Origin: Patescibacteria group bacterium
GTDB lineage: Bacteria; Patescibacteriota; Minisyncoccia; Phycocordibacterales; UBA918
Length of the DNA: 64,000 bases
Reading direction: 5' to 3'
NCBI GenBank assembly: GCA_019750255.1
Contig: JAIEOU010000009.1
Coordinates: 5,497 to 69,496 of the forward strand
Shown here: one piece after another, positions 8,140 to 17,798 of the stretch
Layout: the number at the start of each line of letters is the position of its first letter
Numbering within the stretch: the stretch's first letter is position 1
Translations under genes and position numbers: made by a program
Notes under the pieces: model-generated
Told to the model about the DNA's origin: nothing
Databases searched by the model: none
Seen by the model: the letters and a program-made list of their open reading frames with translations, nothing else

Positions 8140-8409
8140 CTACCTGTAGACATCCTTTCTGTGTTTGATTGTTAATACAATCAGTACCACAATGCCTCCC
8201 TTACCATCGTAGGTAAAAACTACTCGATAGTCACCAATTCGGTATCGGTACTTCCCCGATAACCTCCCTTGCAGAGCTTTGGCCCGAGCCAGCGGTTCAG
8301 CTTGAGAAGCATTATCAGCTATCTTAAGTACAATTCTCTTAGCAATTAAGGGACTCAGCTTTTTTAACTGCTGAAGAGCATCATCTGAGTAGATGACCGT
8401 AGCGCTCAT
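8140..8409 (-). CDS. relE: Type II toxin, RelE/ParE family
   Basis: KALQGRLSGKYRYRIGDYRVVF...IKHRKDVYR. Confidence 0.92.
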   Translation of the reverse strand: MSATVIYSDDALQQLKKLSPLIAKRIVLKIADNASQAEPLARAKALQGRLSGKYRYRIGDYRVVFTYDGKGGIVVLIVLTIKHRKDVYR

Positions 8410-8414
8410 TGAGA

Positions 8415-8663
8415 TTATGTAATACCAAGTTTTTTAAACACTTCTTCTTGGGTGTGGAAATTACCCCGAACAACATTGGCTTCAGCTTTTACCACATCAG
8501 CAACAAAGGTATCGAGGTACTCATCGTCAACAAACGCTTTAATTTCAAACAACGGCTTGTTTCGATTCATAACAATATAACGAACATCACTCTTTCGGGC
8601 ACGCTTAGCATAATCAGAAATATTCTGACGAAAATCTTTTACTCCGATAAATTTAGTATTCAT
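8415..8663 (-). CDS. Type II antitoxin, Phd/YefM-like
   Basis: IGVKDFRQNIS...IVMNRNKPLFEI N-terminus; acidic C-terminus; directly upstream of the toxin. Confidence 0.8.
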   Translation of the reverse strand: MNTKFIGVKDFRQNISDYAKRARKSDVRYIVMNRNKPLFEIKAFVDDEYLDTFVADVVKAEANVVRGNFHTQEEVFKKLGIT

Positions 8664-8670
8664 ATATTTA

Positions 8671-8701
8671 AAGTGTACACTTAAGTGTACACTTTTGTCA
8701 A
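8671..8701 (-). promoter_or_regulatory. TA promoter with tandem palindromic operator
   Basis: Two perfect AAGTGTACACTT palindromes (8671-8682, 8683-8694) within TTGACA-N18-TACACT. Confidence 0.8.
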
Positions 8702-8841
8702 GTATTTATTGAACAGTAGTTTCGAACCGAATCCAGCCCCTTCTCGTGTCTACACAGACTGAGTGCACTTCACCCGCTCCTGCAGCAATTCTTTCAGGCA
8801 GTAACAATCATTGACATCATTAGTCACAGTTGCGTTAATTA

Positions 8842-10137
8842 ATGTATATGCACTTCGGTCTACGGACGTCTGAAGTTACTCCCCAGCGAGATATTCGCTC
8901 TGAGCCTGATTCACCGTCCTCACTTAAGACACTACTCTCTGCGCCTGGCCCACTCTCCATCATTACACTTGTAGAAACCTGTCTTCGAGAGGCACACCAC
9001 CAACACGCTTCCGACATTCATATCGAACCAAACGAACACGCCATCCGTGTTCGTTTTCGTATTGACGGCATGCTCTGCGACATCGTCACCCTTCCACGCA
9101 CTATACATTCGGAAATAATTTCTCGTATTAAAGTACTCTCCCATCTGCGGACCGACGAGCACCAAGCGGCACAGGACGGCCGCTTTCGCGCAACTTTTGC
9201 CACCACTGCGGTTGATATACGCGTTTCGATTGCCCCGACCCATCATGGGGAAAATGCCGTACTGAGACTACTTACTGAACACGCCACCCCGCGCACACTT
9301 AGCACACTCGGACTACATGAGAACGATCAAGCAAAAATTGAGCGGGCGGTCGCCTGCCAGAGCGGCATGATACTGGCAACCGGGCCAACCGGATCGGGAA
9401 AGACCTCAACGTTATATACCCTTCTCAAGTTACTCAATCACTCAGAAATCTCTATCGTCACAATTGAAGACCCTATTGAGTACGCAGTAGCTGGGGTTAC
9501 CCAAATGCAGATCAACCCGAGGTCTAACCTCACTTTCGCCAATGGGCTGCGTACCGTCTTGCGCCAGGACCCCAACGTTATTATGGTTGGTGAAATTCGT
9601 GATGCCGAAACCGCTAACATCGCTATTAATACGGCTCTCACCGGACACCTCCTCCTCTCCACCCTCCATACGAATGACGCTGCCACCACACTACCTCGAC
9701 TGCTCGATATGGGGGTAGATGCCTATCTGGTAGCGTCAACAATAAACATTGCCATCGGCCAACGCCTTGTGAGAAAAATCTGCCTACACTGCCGCACCAA
9801 GCACACGCCCACTGAAGCCGAGACACGCCACCTTAAATTGTCCTCACACACAACAACTGAGAAGTACGAAAACGTACCAAACAAATTTTTTCACGGCGCT
9901 GGCTGCCCTGCCTGCAACCACTCGGGCTATGCCGGGCGAATTGGCATATACGAAGTCCTCGTCGTGTCACCTACCATTCGCGAAGCAATCTTACAACGAG
10001 CTTCAGCTGCGACCATACATACCATCGCTCAAAGTGAAGGCCTTACCTCAATGTTTGAAGATGGCTTACGAAAAGCCGCGAAGGGTGACACAACGATAGC
10101 GGAAGTCTTGCGCGTGGTTGGGACACCAATTTCCTAA
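8842..10137 (+). CDS. pilB: Type IV pilus/T2SS assembly ATPase (PilB/GspE family), N-terminally short
   Basis: ASDIHIEP, GPTGSGKTST, TIEDPIEY, RQDPNVIMVGEIRD, TGHLLLSTLH, CxxC...CxxC. Confidence 0.92.
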   Translation: MYMHFGLRTSEVTPQRDIRSEPDSPSSLKTLLSAPGPLSIITLVETCLREAHHQHASDIHIEPNEHAIRVRFRIDGMLCDIVTLPRTIHSEIISRIKVLSHLRTDEHQAAQDGRFRATFATTAVDIRVSIAPTHHGENAVLRLLTEHATPRTLSTLGLHENDQAKIERAVACQSGMILATGPTGSGKTSTLYTLLKLLNHSEISIVTIEDPIEYAVAGVTQMQINPRSNLTFANGLRTVLRQDPNVIMVGEIRDAETANIAINTALTGHLLLSTLHTNDAATTLPRLLDMGVDAYLVASTINIAIGQRLVRKICLHCRTKHTPTEAETRHLKLSSHTTTEKYENVPNKFFHGAGCPACNHSGYAGRIGIYEVLVVSPTIREAILQRASAATIHTIAQSEGLTSMFEDGLRKAAKGDTTIAEVLRVVGTPIS

Positions 10138-10145
10138 AGCCCTAC

Positions 10146-11327
10146 ATGAAATCTCTTTTCATAATGATATGGAACTTTGTCCGGCCCCATGACCAGCCTC
10201 GGCCGGCGCCAGGAAATACCCCACCGCCCGGACCACCACCCACCGTTACTTCAGCACCAAGTTCCATACTTTTTGTTCGCTTCACCACCAAAGACCGGGT
10301 ACTCTTTGCCCAGCGCTTATCTTTTCTCCTGCGAGCGAATGTAAGTTTAGTTGAAAGTCTCACGCTCATTCATAATCAAACCAAATCACAGCGTCGACAA
10401 CATCTCTACGCTACCGTCATCTCAGATATTCAAGCTGGACACACGCTTTCAAACAGCCTCCGTAAGTACCAATCGTTATTTGGCGAGTTTACCATCAACA
10501 TAATCAACGTTGGTGAGCAGGTCGGTGCACTCTCAGAAAATCTCGCCTATCTGGCCGATGCGCTCGCTAAAAAACACGCACTGGGGCGCAAAGTACGCAG
10601 CGCCCTCATTTATCCTCTATTCATTTCAGTCACCACGCTCGGGGTAACGGGATTTCTCGTGATGTATCTATTCCCAAAAATCATGCCAATTTTTGTTTCA
10701 CTTTCGATTGATCTACCACCTACCACCCGAGCTCTCCTCGCACTTAGTGAGTTTTTACGCGCACACGGTGGTGCGACAGTTGTACTCGGATTATGTATCT
10801 GTGTAACTTTTCTTGTGCTACGCACCAAGATTACCTCTTTGCGATTTGCTACCGACCACCTCATACTGACCACTCCGGTCGCCGGCCCCATTGTCCGTTT
10901 GTATAATTGTGCGAACTTTTGTCGGACGCTCGCACTTTGTCTTCACTCTGGTATCAGTCTTTCTGAAGCCCTTACCATTACCGCACAGACGACTCCTAAC
11001 CTCGTCTTCAAACGGGCATACGGGGCGTTCGCGGAGTCTGTGGCACGTGGTGAAAAAATCTCTAGGGCGATGTCGTCGTATACTTCACTCTTTCCCGAAC
11101 TGCTTCCACAACTACTGCTAATTGGAGAAACAACCGGTACTCTATCTAAAACCCTAACGTATGTCACGGAACTGTACGATACAGAGGTTGATGAAGTAAC
11201 AAAGAATCTCTCAAGCACCATTGAACCGGTTCTCCTTCTCACCATGGGAGTGTTTATTGGGTTGATTGCGGTTTCCGTAATCGCACCAATCTACGAGGTT
11301 ACTCAGCACCTTAACCACTCTTACTAA
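10146..11327 (+). CDS. pilC: Type IV pilus platform protein (PilC/GspF family)
   Basis: Two T2SSF domains, ALIYP, GETTGTL, IEPVLL. Confidence 0.92.
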   Translation: MKSLFIMIWNFVRPHDQPRPAPGNTPPPGPPPTVTSAPSSILFVRFTTKDRVLFAQRLSFLLRANVSLVESLTLIHNQTKSQRRQHLYATVISDIQAGHTLSNSLRKYQSLFGEFTINIINVGEQVGALSENLAYLADALAKKHALGRKVRSALIYPLFISVTTLGVTGFLVMYLFPKIMPIFVSLSIDLPPTTRALLALSEFLRAHGGATVVLGLCICVTFLVLRTKITSLRFATDHLILTTPVAGPIVRLYNCANFCRTLALCLHSGISLSEALTITAQTTPNLVFKRAYGAFAESVARGEKISRAMSSYTSLFPELLPQLLLIGETTGTLSKTLTYVTELYDTEVDEVTKNLSSTIEPVLLLTMGVFIGLIAVSVIAPIYEVTQHLNHSY

Positions 11328-11341
11328 TTCCCCAAGCAATC

Positions 11342-11794
11342 ATGGCCACTACTAGCGGATTTACTCTCATTGAACTGCTCATCGTCATGAGCCTGCTTGC
11401 GGTGATTGCAGCGTTTAGTGCCCCTTTAAGCTTAACGAGTTTGTCACACTCTACCCTGCTTCAAGAGCGTGATGTGTTAGTTTCTCTGGTCCTCATGAAC
11501 GCAAGATCTGCTGCACTAGTGAATAGAGACCGCTCGGCTCAGGGTGTTTTTATAGATCAAACAAATAGACAGTACGTGCTTTTTAATGGCAGTACTTACA
11601 CGCAAGGAGCGCCGAGTAACCGCCTCATACCCTTTATTAGCCAATCGGTTGCGGTCAGTAACAGTGGTGGCGATACCATTATTTTTGCCCCTCACACCGG
11701 AACCATTATCAAGGGTGCCGGTACCATCAGCGTCGGGAGCGGTATTGCTACTCATACTGTTACCACAAACGACGTCGGGATGATTGACTGGTAA
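11342..11794 (+). CDS. Minor pilin (FimT/GspH-like)
   Basis: Class III signal GFTLIELLIV. Confidence 0.85.
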   Translation: MATTSGFTLIELLIVMSLLAVIAAFSAPLSLTSLSHSTLLQERDVLVSLVLMNARSAALVNRDRSAQGVFIDQTNRQYVLFNGSTYTQGAPSNRLIPFISQSVAVSNSGGDTIIFAPHTGTIIKGAGTISVGSGIATHTVTTNDVGMIDW

Positions 11795-11797
11795 CGT

Positions 11798-13357
11798 ATG
11801 CATACGAACCCTACCTACAGCGAAGTTTCACCCTCGACGCACGCTGCCGGCTTTTCTACCATTGAAATACTTTTATCTTTTACCGTCGGCACACTGTTTC
11901 TCACCGCTGCCCTCATGCTGGTAGTGAGTGGACCTGGGCTAAATACCCGGTATTCACTAGACAGCAGTAACACCCTTGTGCTCGATGCGGCGCTTGATAC
12001 TCTTGGACTCTCTCTACTCACCCAAAGCCTTACCTCTACCACCGCTGCCCTACAAACTCAGTGGCACCGATCGATTTCTGGTTCAATTCGAATCGACCAA
12101 GGCTATGCAAAAAACCCACCATACATAACTGACATATCACCATGCCTTAAGGTTGTCACTAATGAAATAAGTTGGCTCCTGGGTGGTGGGCGTGTCCGTA
12201 ACAGCAGCCTCAGTGGAGTAGTGAGTAACGAACAGATTACTGGGGCTCTTGGAGGCGACTGCGATAGTGTACCGACGAGCGCAGACTGGTTTGCCCCACA
12301 GGTGCTTAGTCGGCACTCAATCACGTCCGGCACTCCGGTAGCACTCGACGTTCTAGGCGGGGCGGTCTACCTAAGTGACGCTGCCGGCATGTTACACATA
12401 ATTAACTTACAAGGTAATGCTATTAATGAGAACGGTGATTTTATTACTCCCCCGTTTGCAGCTGGTGCTACTTTGTTTGATGTTGATGTGGCAGACCACG
12501 TGGACCCCACAACCGGGGACCGTCACCGGTACGCATACACCGTACGGAACAGCACCTCAGACCAGTTGCAAGTAATTGACGTAGACAATCACACCGCACC
12601 CACGAGCACACCAGGAATGATAGTTACGTTTGGTGGCGCTAATCCTCCTCGCGGCAGCTTTCCCCAGGGATGGAGGCTCACCTACTATGACCGCATGGTC
12701 TACGCGCTCTCGCGTGAGACCGCCGGCTTTGAGTTTCATATTTTCGACGTCGGCGACCCTACTCGTCCCCGCGGGGTCGGACCCGGTTTCGAGGTAAACG
12801 GTACCGCAAACGACATCGCAGTTACTGATGTTTTTTTACCAACCACAACACAGCGAATAGCTATCTTGGGAACCGAACGTTCGGCACACGAAATTATGGT
12901 ACTGAACGTATCAAACCCACTCACACCGACGCTCATCACGAGCCTCGACCTACCCACGACGTTTGATGTGCGCTCCCTCTACCTTATTGGTAATCGTCTC
13001 TACGTCGGCCGCAATCGTACAACCGGCGGACCTGAATTGCTTGTATTTGAAATGACCTACAGCTCGACCTTACCCCTACAGTTAACTCTCACGCAACTTG
13101 GTACGGGAGTCGAAATTGGCGCCGATGTCACGAGCATCAAAGTAAGTGGGGTACAGGCATTTATTACCACCGCCAACGCAAATGACGCCTTCCAAATTTT
13201 TACTATAGAAAAGCCGACAGAAAACATAACCAGGATTGATACAGCCCCACTGCGACTCAGCGGCACTTTTCCGGCCGGGCTCGATTATTCCTCCCCATAC
13301 GTCTTTGTAGTAAGTAATGCCCTTCAGTCACTGCAGGTTATTCAGAGCTCACCATAA
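11798..13357 (+). CDS. Prepilin-like protein fused to an LVIVD-repeat beta-propeller
   Basis: GFSTIEILL; repeats QLQVIDVDN, FHIFDVGDP, IMVLNVSNP, FQIFTIEKP. Confidence 0.75.
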   Translation: MHTNPTYSEVSPSTHAAGFSTIEILLSFTVGTLFLTAALMLVVSGPGLNTRYSLDSSNTLVLDAALDTLGLSLLTQSLTSTTAALQTQWHRSISGSIRIDQGYAKNPPYITDISPCLKVVTNEISWLLGGGRVRNSSLSGVVSNEQITGALGGDCDSVPTSADWFAPQVLSRHSITSGTPVALDVLGGAVYLSDAAGMLHIINLQGNAINENGDFITPPFAAGATLFDVDVADHVDPTTGDRHRYAYTVRNSTSDQLQVIDVDNHTAPTSTPGMIVTFGGANPPRGSFPQGWRLTYYDRMVYALSRETAGFEFHIFDVGDPTRPRGVGPGFEVNGTANDIAVTDVFLPTTTQRIAILGTERSAHEIMVLNVSNPLTPTLITSLDLPTTFDVRSLYLIGNRLYVGRNRTTGGPELLVFEMTYSSTLPLQLTLTQLGTGVEIGADVTSIKVSGVQAFITTANANDAFQIFTIEKPTENITRIDTAPLRLSGTFPAGLDYSSPYVFVVSNALQSLQVIQSSP

Positions 13358-13362
13358 TACGT

Positions 13363-13899
13363 ATGCCACTTCATCACGATCATCAACAAGATGGAGTTAC
13401 TCTCCTTGAAGCCATCATTTACGTCGCTCTCTTTAGTGCTCTCACTACCGGTGTTTTGATGAGTGTCTATCCCCTCTTTACCGGAGCCGCTCGTCATACC
13501 GAACTTATTGCAACCCATAGTGACATAGTGTTTATTTTGAAAAAAATTGAACAAACACTTAGCGACAGTATCACCACACCATCCTCCACAATTCTTGTAC
13601 CGCCTTCCGGCCAAAGCGCCGAAACACTCGCTATACAAAGCACGACTGGCAGCATATTTACTTTTACTATTGATACAGCCCCGTCTGGCTGCACACCGCC
13701 GCGTCTCTGCGCCACCCTTACCCTCAAGACCAATAGCGGCCCGGCATTATCGCTTAATAGCAGGAGGATTCACATTAGTGATTTTACGGTGACTCACACT
13801 GAGCAAGGACTCGATTGCTCGAGTGTTCGCTGTCTCGACATATCATTTGCAGCTAACGGACAAGCGGTCGGACCACTCCGTTACTATCTCCGTTTCTAG
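13363..13899 (+). CDS. Minor pilin (PilW/GspJ-like)
   Basis: GVTLLEAIIYVALF. Confidence 0.8.
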   Translation: MPLHHDHQQDGVTLLEAIIYVALFSALTTGVLMSVYPLFTGAARHTELIATHSDIVFILKKIEQTLSDSITTPSSTILVPPSGQSAETLAIQSTTGSIFTFTIDTAPSGCTPPRLCATLTLKTNSGPALSLNSRRIHISDFTVTHTEQGLDCSSVRCLDISFAANGQAVGPLRYYLRF

Positions 13900-13901
13900 T
13901 T

Positions 13902-14303
13902 ATGAAAAATCATTTCGCACCCCGAGGATTCATAGCCCTTCTAACCATGATAATAATTTCATCGGTGTTGCTCGTCACTACTCTGTCTCTAGCACAATTT
14001 GGCCTTACCCATCGCTATTTCATACTTGATCTTGAACATAAGTCCGTGAGTACTCATTTAGCTGAGGCGTGTGTCCACATCGCTCGCGTCCTCATCATGA
14101 ATAGCCAGAGTGATAGCCTGACCTTTCCCCACCCCTTTCCCGTTCACCAAGAGTTCTGCACGATCCATTTAATAACCCGAGCGGGCACGACCAGCGCCGT
14201 AGAAACAGAGGGAACGCATGAAGGTATATCGACACACTACTCCGTCACCGTCGACAACAACAACGGTAGCTTTCTCTCCTGGGAGGAGATAATTAACCCC
14301 TAG
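13902..14303 (+). CDS. PilX/GspK-like minor pilin
   Basis: RGFIALLTMII (no E5), LAEAC, C-terminal SWEE. Confidence 0.75.
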   Translation: MKNHFAPRGFIALLTMIIISSVLLVTTLSLAQFGLTHRYFILDLEHKSVSTHLAEACVHIARVLIMNSQSDSLTFPHPFPVHQEFCTIHLITRAGTTSAVETEGTHEGISTHYSVTVDNNNGSFLSWEEIINP

Positions 14304-14410
14304 CTATAAACAGAACTATTAATCCAAAAAATTTTAAGCACCCCCTACCGTATATAATTTAGATAACGGAAAGATGCTTCACGCAACTATACTTATCTAT
14401 AATTTATTGT

Positions 14411-14899
14411 ATGAAAAATCACACACAGAGGTCCACCCAAGGATTTACGTTGATTGAGATTCTTATCGTTATTGCAATCTTGGCTGTGCTGGCCGCCATC
14501 GTACTGGTCGCCATTAATCCAGCCCGCCAATTTCGTCAGGCCAATAATGCCCAACGCGTGAGTAACGTTAATGCTCTATTAAATGCCGTTAGCCAATACA
14601 CCGTCGACGAGAAGGGCGCCATTCCGTCCGAAATTGAAGCTGATGCTGACGAGATTAATGGCACGAGTGGTAGCGACCACGCTGATCTCTGCGCACTACT
14701 AGTACCAAAGTATCTCCCCGCCCTACCGGCCGACCCAAGCAAGAGTGACCAAAGTATTACCGAAGACAAGTGCGGTAGCGCATACTCAACCGGCTATGAA
14801 ATTAAAGCTGAGAACGGTCGCGTCGTCGTCTCGGCACCGCTCACCGAGGATGAGGATACCGGGGCGATAGCGAGTGACATCATTAGCGTAACGCGCTAA
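14411..14899 (+). CDS. Probable major type IV pilin
   Basis: GFTLIEILIVIAILAVLAAIVLVAINPARQ; LPADP; two Cys. Confidence 0.88.
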   Translation: MKNHTQRSTQGFTLIEILIVIAILAVLAAIVLVAINPARQFRQANNAQRVSNVNALLNAVSQYTVDEKGAIPSEIEADADEINGTSGSDHADLCALLVPKYLPALPADPSKSDQSITEDKCGSAYSTGYEIKAENGRVVVSAPLTEDEDTGAIASDIISVTR

Positions 14900-14966
14900 T
14901 AGGACCAACCGCGTAACTCGCCCCACGGCTGAGACGCCGGTCTCTACATCCGCATCGTCAGCTAAC

Positions 14967-14998
14967 ACGAAAAAACACCCATTTGGGTGTTTTTTCGT
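14967..14998. terminator. Bidirectional terminator
   Basis: ACGAAAAAACACCC-ATTT-GGGTGTTTTTTCGT between convergent genes. Confidence 0.8.
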
Positions 14999-15011
14999 AA
15001 CCAGAAGACAG

Positions 15012-15323
15012 CTACACAAAAAAGGAATATAGCACCTCTGCTTTTGAAACCCGTTCAAGACACTCCTCCTTCATCTGCTTGTGCTTTTGATTAACCTGCC
15101 TATCCGTGTTGGCTGGTAGACACTCACCCACCATTTCACCCAACACATAGGTAGTGCCATCAATAATGAAACTAAACACCGCCTCATGCACCAACCCCTC
15201 TTCACGTAAAGATGCTTCAGCTTCAGTACGAAATTGTGTTGTGAGTTCGACACACCACTCTCTCCAAGCTGCCTCTTTACCTGATTTCACCCTGAATACA
15301 TTGGCCACGGTTTTACTACTCAT
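15012..15323 (-). CDS. DUF6176-like small protein
   Basis: WREWC.EL...R.EA..SL.EEG and VNQKH...EECLE; paralog of 2299..2640. Confidence 0.65.
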   Translation of the reverse strand: MSSKTVANVFRVKSGKEAAWREWCVELTTQFRTEAEASLREEGLVHEAVFSFIIDGTTYVLGEMVGECLPANTDRQVNQKHKQMKEECLERVSKAEVLYSFFV

Positions 15324-15376
15324 ATATCTTTACCACCCATCATATGTCTTACCAAATAAAACTCAATGTGCATGAT

Positions 15377-15411
15377 AACAAAACCGCCACCCTTTCGGGT
15401 GGCGGTTTGTT
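15377..15411. terminator. Intrinsic terminator for the rpsS-rplE block
   Basis: AAAACCGCCACCC-TTTC-GGGTGGCGGTTT. Confidence 0.8.
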
Positions 15412-15427
15412 GTTGCTGCTTCTTCAA

Positions 15428-15643
15428 GCCTGATTCAAAATTTTCAGATACCAGGAGCCAAGGATGAGCAGAAATAAGGAACACGTAGTGTGACTATATT
15501 TTGCTGAAACAAAAGCTTGGTTGTATTCGACTTAATTAAGAGAATAGAACCGTAGCTTTTGAGCGAGGACAGGAGGCGTACATATTGTACGATAACTGTC
15601 CGAGCGAAGTATGCGACAAAGTATCTGGAGATTTTGGGCAGGC
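15428..15643 (+). repeat. Long-arm hairpin element, copy 2 (3' of rplE); branched, with modules A, B and C
   Basis: Arms GCCTGATTCAAAATTTTCAGATAC/GTATCTGGAGATTTTGGGCAGGC; loop CAGGA/GACAAA; GAGGCGTAC-ATATT-GTACG. Confidence 0.75.
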
Positions 15644-15645
15644 GA

Positions 15646-16182
15646 CTACGCGGCCTGGAGAGGTACTCCGATGTGCCGCAAGAAAGCCTCAGCTTCCTTC
15701 TTCCCTTTCGCAGTAGTCACAATCGTGATACCGAGTGGGAACACATCCTTGATTTCTTCTTCACCACACTCCGGGAAAATAGTGTGCTCTTTGATACCGA
15801 TTGAGTAGTTACCCATAGCATCGATAGAGGAACGCTTAAGACCCTGGAAATCGCGCGTCTGTGGGAGCGCAAGGTGAACGAGCTTATCGAGGAAGTGGAC
15901 CATACGAGCGCCGCGCAAGGTAATCTGGTAGCCGATGATATCACCCTTACGTGACTTAAACGACGCCACTGACTGCTTGGCTGGACGTGGTGCCGCCTTC
16001 TGACCAGTGATAAGGGCGAGACGATCGCGGATGAGCGCGAGCTTTGCCTTATCCTGAACGCGGCCGGTACCGACCGAGATAACCACCTTCTCTACCTTTG
16101 GTGCCTGCATCACATTTTTGTAACCAAACTCGTCTTTGAGGGACGCGTAGGCTGACTTGATGCGTGTATTAACTGATTCCAT
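15646..16182 (-). CDS. rplE: 50S ribosomal protein L5
   Basis: ITGQKA, TLRGARM, RDFQGL, GIKEHTIFPE. Confidence 0.97.
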   Translation of the reverse strand: MESVNTRIKSAYASLKDEFGYKNVMQAPKVEKVVISVGTGRVQDKAKLALIRDRLALITGQKAAPRPAKQSVASFKSRKGDIIGYQITLRGARMVHFLDKLVHLALPQTRDFQGLKRSSIDAMGNYSIGIKEHTIFPECGEEEIKDVFPLGITIVTTAKGKKEAEAFLRHIGVPLQAA

Positions 16183-16191
16183 ATATAGTGG

Positions 16192-16503
16192 TTATACCTT
16201 TTTACCGGTAGGGCGAGCCACGCGCACCTTGGTGCGCTTGTCTCCCTCACCTTCAATCTGGTAACCGGTTCGAACTGCCTTGTCGCCCACCATCAGGCCT
16301 ACGTTAGAAATGTGGATCGGCATGCTTTTTTCGATAATCTGTCCCTGGCTGCGCGCGCGGCGGCTCTTCTGGTGACGCTTGACCACATTGAGACCCTCAA
16401 TCACAACCGCGTCGGATTTTACGAGAACAGTCAGTACAGTCCCCGTCTTGCCTTTGTCCTTGCCGGTGCGCACGATGACGGTGTCGCCTTTACGAATTTT
16501 CAT
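16192..16503 (-). CDS. rplX: 50S ribosomal protein L24
   Basis: MKIRKGDTV...GKDKGK, PIHISNV. Confidence 0.97.
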   Translation of the reverse strand: MKIRKGDTVIVRTGKDKGKTGTVLTVLVKSDAVVIEGLNVVKRHQKSRRARSQGQIIEKSMPIHISNVGLMVGDKAVRTGYQIEGEGDKRTKVRVARPTGKKV

Positions 16504-16519
16504 ACGATTTGACTTGAGA

Positions 16520-16888
16520 CTAGACGACCTCGGGAGCGAGGTTGACGATTTTCTGATAATTAGCCGCGAGCTCGCGTGGAATTGGACCAAACACACGGTT
16601 TGCCTTTGGTTCCTTCTTTACCTTGTCCACAAGCACAACAGCATTATCGTCAAAGCTCACGTACGAACCATCCTTACGACGGAATGGCTTGCGCTGACGA
16701 ACGATTACGCCATACACGACATCCTTCTTCTTTACCGCTTTGCGCGGCTCAGCAGTCTGTACTGAGAGTACGACCATTTCACCAATTTCAGCGTACCGCT
16801 TTTTTGATCCGCCAAGAACCTTGAACACGCGGCCCATCTTGGCACCCGAGTTGTCAGTGATCTTTACGATTGATTGTGGCTGAATCAT
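16520..16888 (-). CDS. rplN: 50S ribosomal protein L14
   Basis: DNSGAK, FDDNAVV, RVFGPIPREL, LAPEVV. Confidence 0.97.
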   Translation of the reverse strand: MIQPQSIVKITDNSGAKMGRVFKVLGGSKKRYAEIGEMVVLSVQTAEPRKAVKKKDVVYGVIVRQRKPFRRKDGSYVSFDDNAVVLVDKVKKEPKANRVFGPIPRELAANYQKIVNLAPEVV

Positions 16889-16889
16889 A

Positions 16890-17141
16890 TTAGGCGGTCT
16901 TAATGAGTTCGAAACGCTTACGCTTTGAAAGCGGGCGCGTCTCACCAATATCGACAATCTGGCCTACGGTCGCAGTGTTGCCCTCGTCATGCACGAGGAA
17001 CTTCTTGGTGCGGCGCATGAACTTTTTGTACTTTGGGTGCTTCACGTATCGTTCAACCGCAACCGTGATGGTGTCCTTCATTTTTGAAGCCACCACGCGA
17101 CCACGGAGAATACGACGCGTCTGTGTAGTTTCTGGTGTCAT
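16890..17141 (-). CDS. rpsQ: 30S ribosomal protein S17
   Basis: KMKDTITV, HPKYKK, ETRPLSKRKRF. Confidence 0.97.
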   Translation of the reverse strand: MTPETTQTRRILRGRVVASKMKDTITVAVERYVKHPKYKKFMRRTKKFLVHDEGNTATVGQIVDIGETRPLSKRKRFELIKTA

Positions 17142-17143
17142 AC

Positions 17144-17344
17144 CTATTTCGTGATTACGTTACGGCGGCGCAGGGAGAGCTCGGTGAGCGCCTGGGCAAT
17201 CTCGAGCTTCGCCTTGCGGATGATGCCAGCCTTGCGACTGAACGCATCCTTGAAGCGCTCTGCTCGTACAGCCTCACGCGCCTCCATGACGATCTCCGCG
17301 AGATCGCGGTCACTCTTTTCCTTGAGAGAGATTTTCTTTGCCAT
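17144..17344 (-). CDS. rpmC: 50S ribosomal protein L29
   Basis: Position between rplP and rpsQ; IRKAKLEIAQALT. Confidence 0.88.
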   Translation of the reverse strand: MAKKISLKEKSDRDLAEIVMEAREAVRAERFKDAFSRKAGIIRKAKLEIAQALTELSLRRRNVITK

Positions 17345-17353
17345 ACGTATGTA

Positions 17354-17788
17354 TTAGACGCGCGTTTCCTCGCGGGTCACGAACTTAGCTTGTAATGGGA
17401 GCTTCTTGGTCGCCTTACGGAAGGCTTCACGAGCGATAAGCTCACTCACGCCTTCAATTTCGAAAATGATGCGGCCGGGACGTACTTCAAACACAAAGTG
17501 ATCTGGATCACCCTTACCCTTACCCATCGGTACTTCAGCCGCCTTGCGGGTGACTGGTCGGTCCGGGAAGATACGAATCCATACCTTTCCTGCTTTACCG
17601 AGTGTACGTGAGATAACACGACGCGCCGCTTCAATCTGATTACTCTTTACGCGACACGCGGAGGTAGCCTTGAGGCCGTACGAACCAAACGAAACAGTGA
17701 TGCCGCGCGTCTCAGGAAGAGAACGCTTGGCCTCGCTGCGGCGGCCAGTTTGCCACTTGCGGTGCTTAACTTTTTTCGGGAATAACAT
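17354..17788 (-). CDS. rplP: 50S ribosomal protein L16
   Basis: QIEAAR, WIRIFPD, MGKGKG. Confidence 0.97.
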   Translation of the reverse strand: MLFPKKVKHRKWQTGRRSEAKRSLPETRGITVSFGSYGLKATSACRVKSNQIEAARRVISRTLGKAGKVWIRIFPDRPVTRKAAEVPMGKGKGDPDHFVFEVRPGRIIFEIEGVSELIAREAFRKATKKLPLQAKFVTREETRV

Positions 17789-17798
17789 AGCAGATTAC

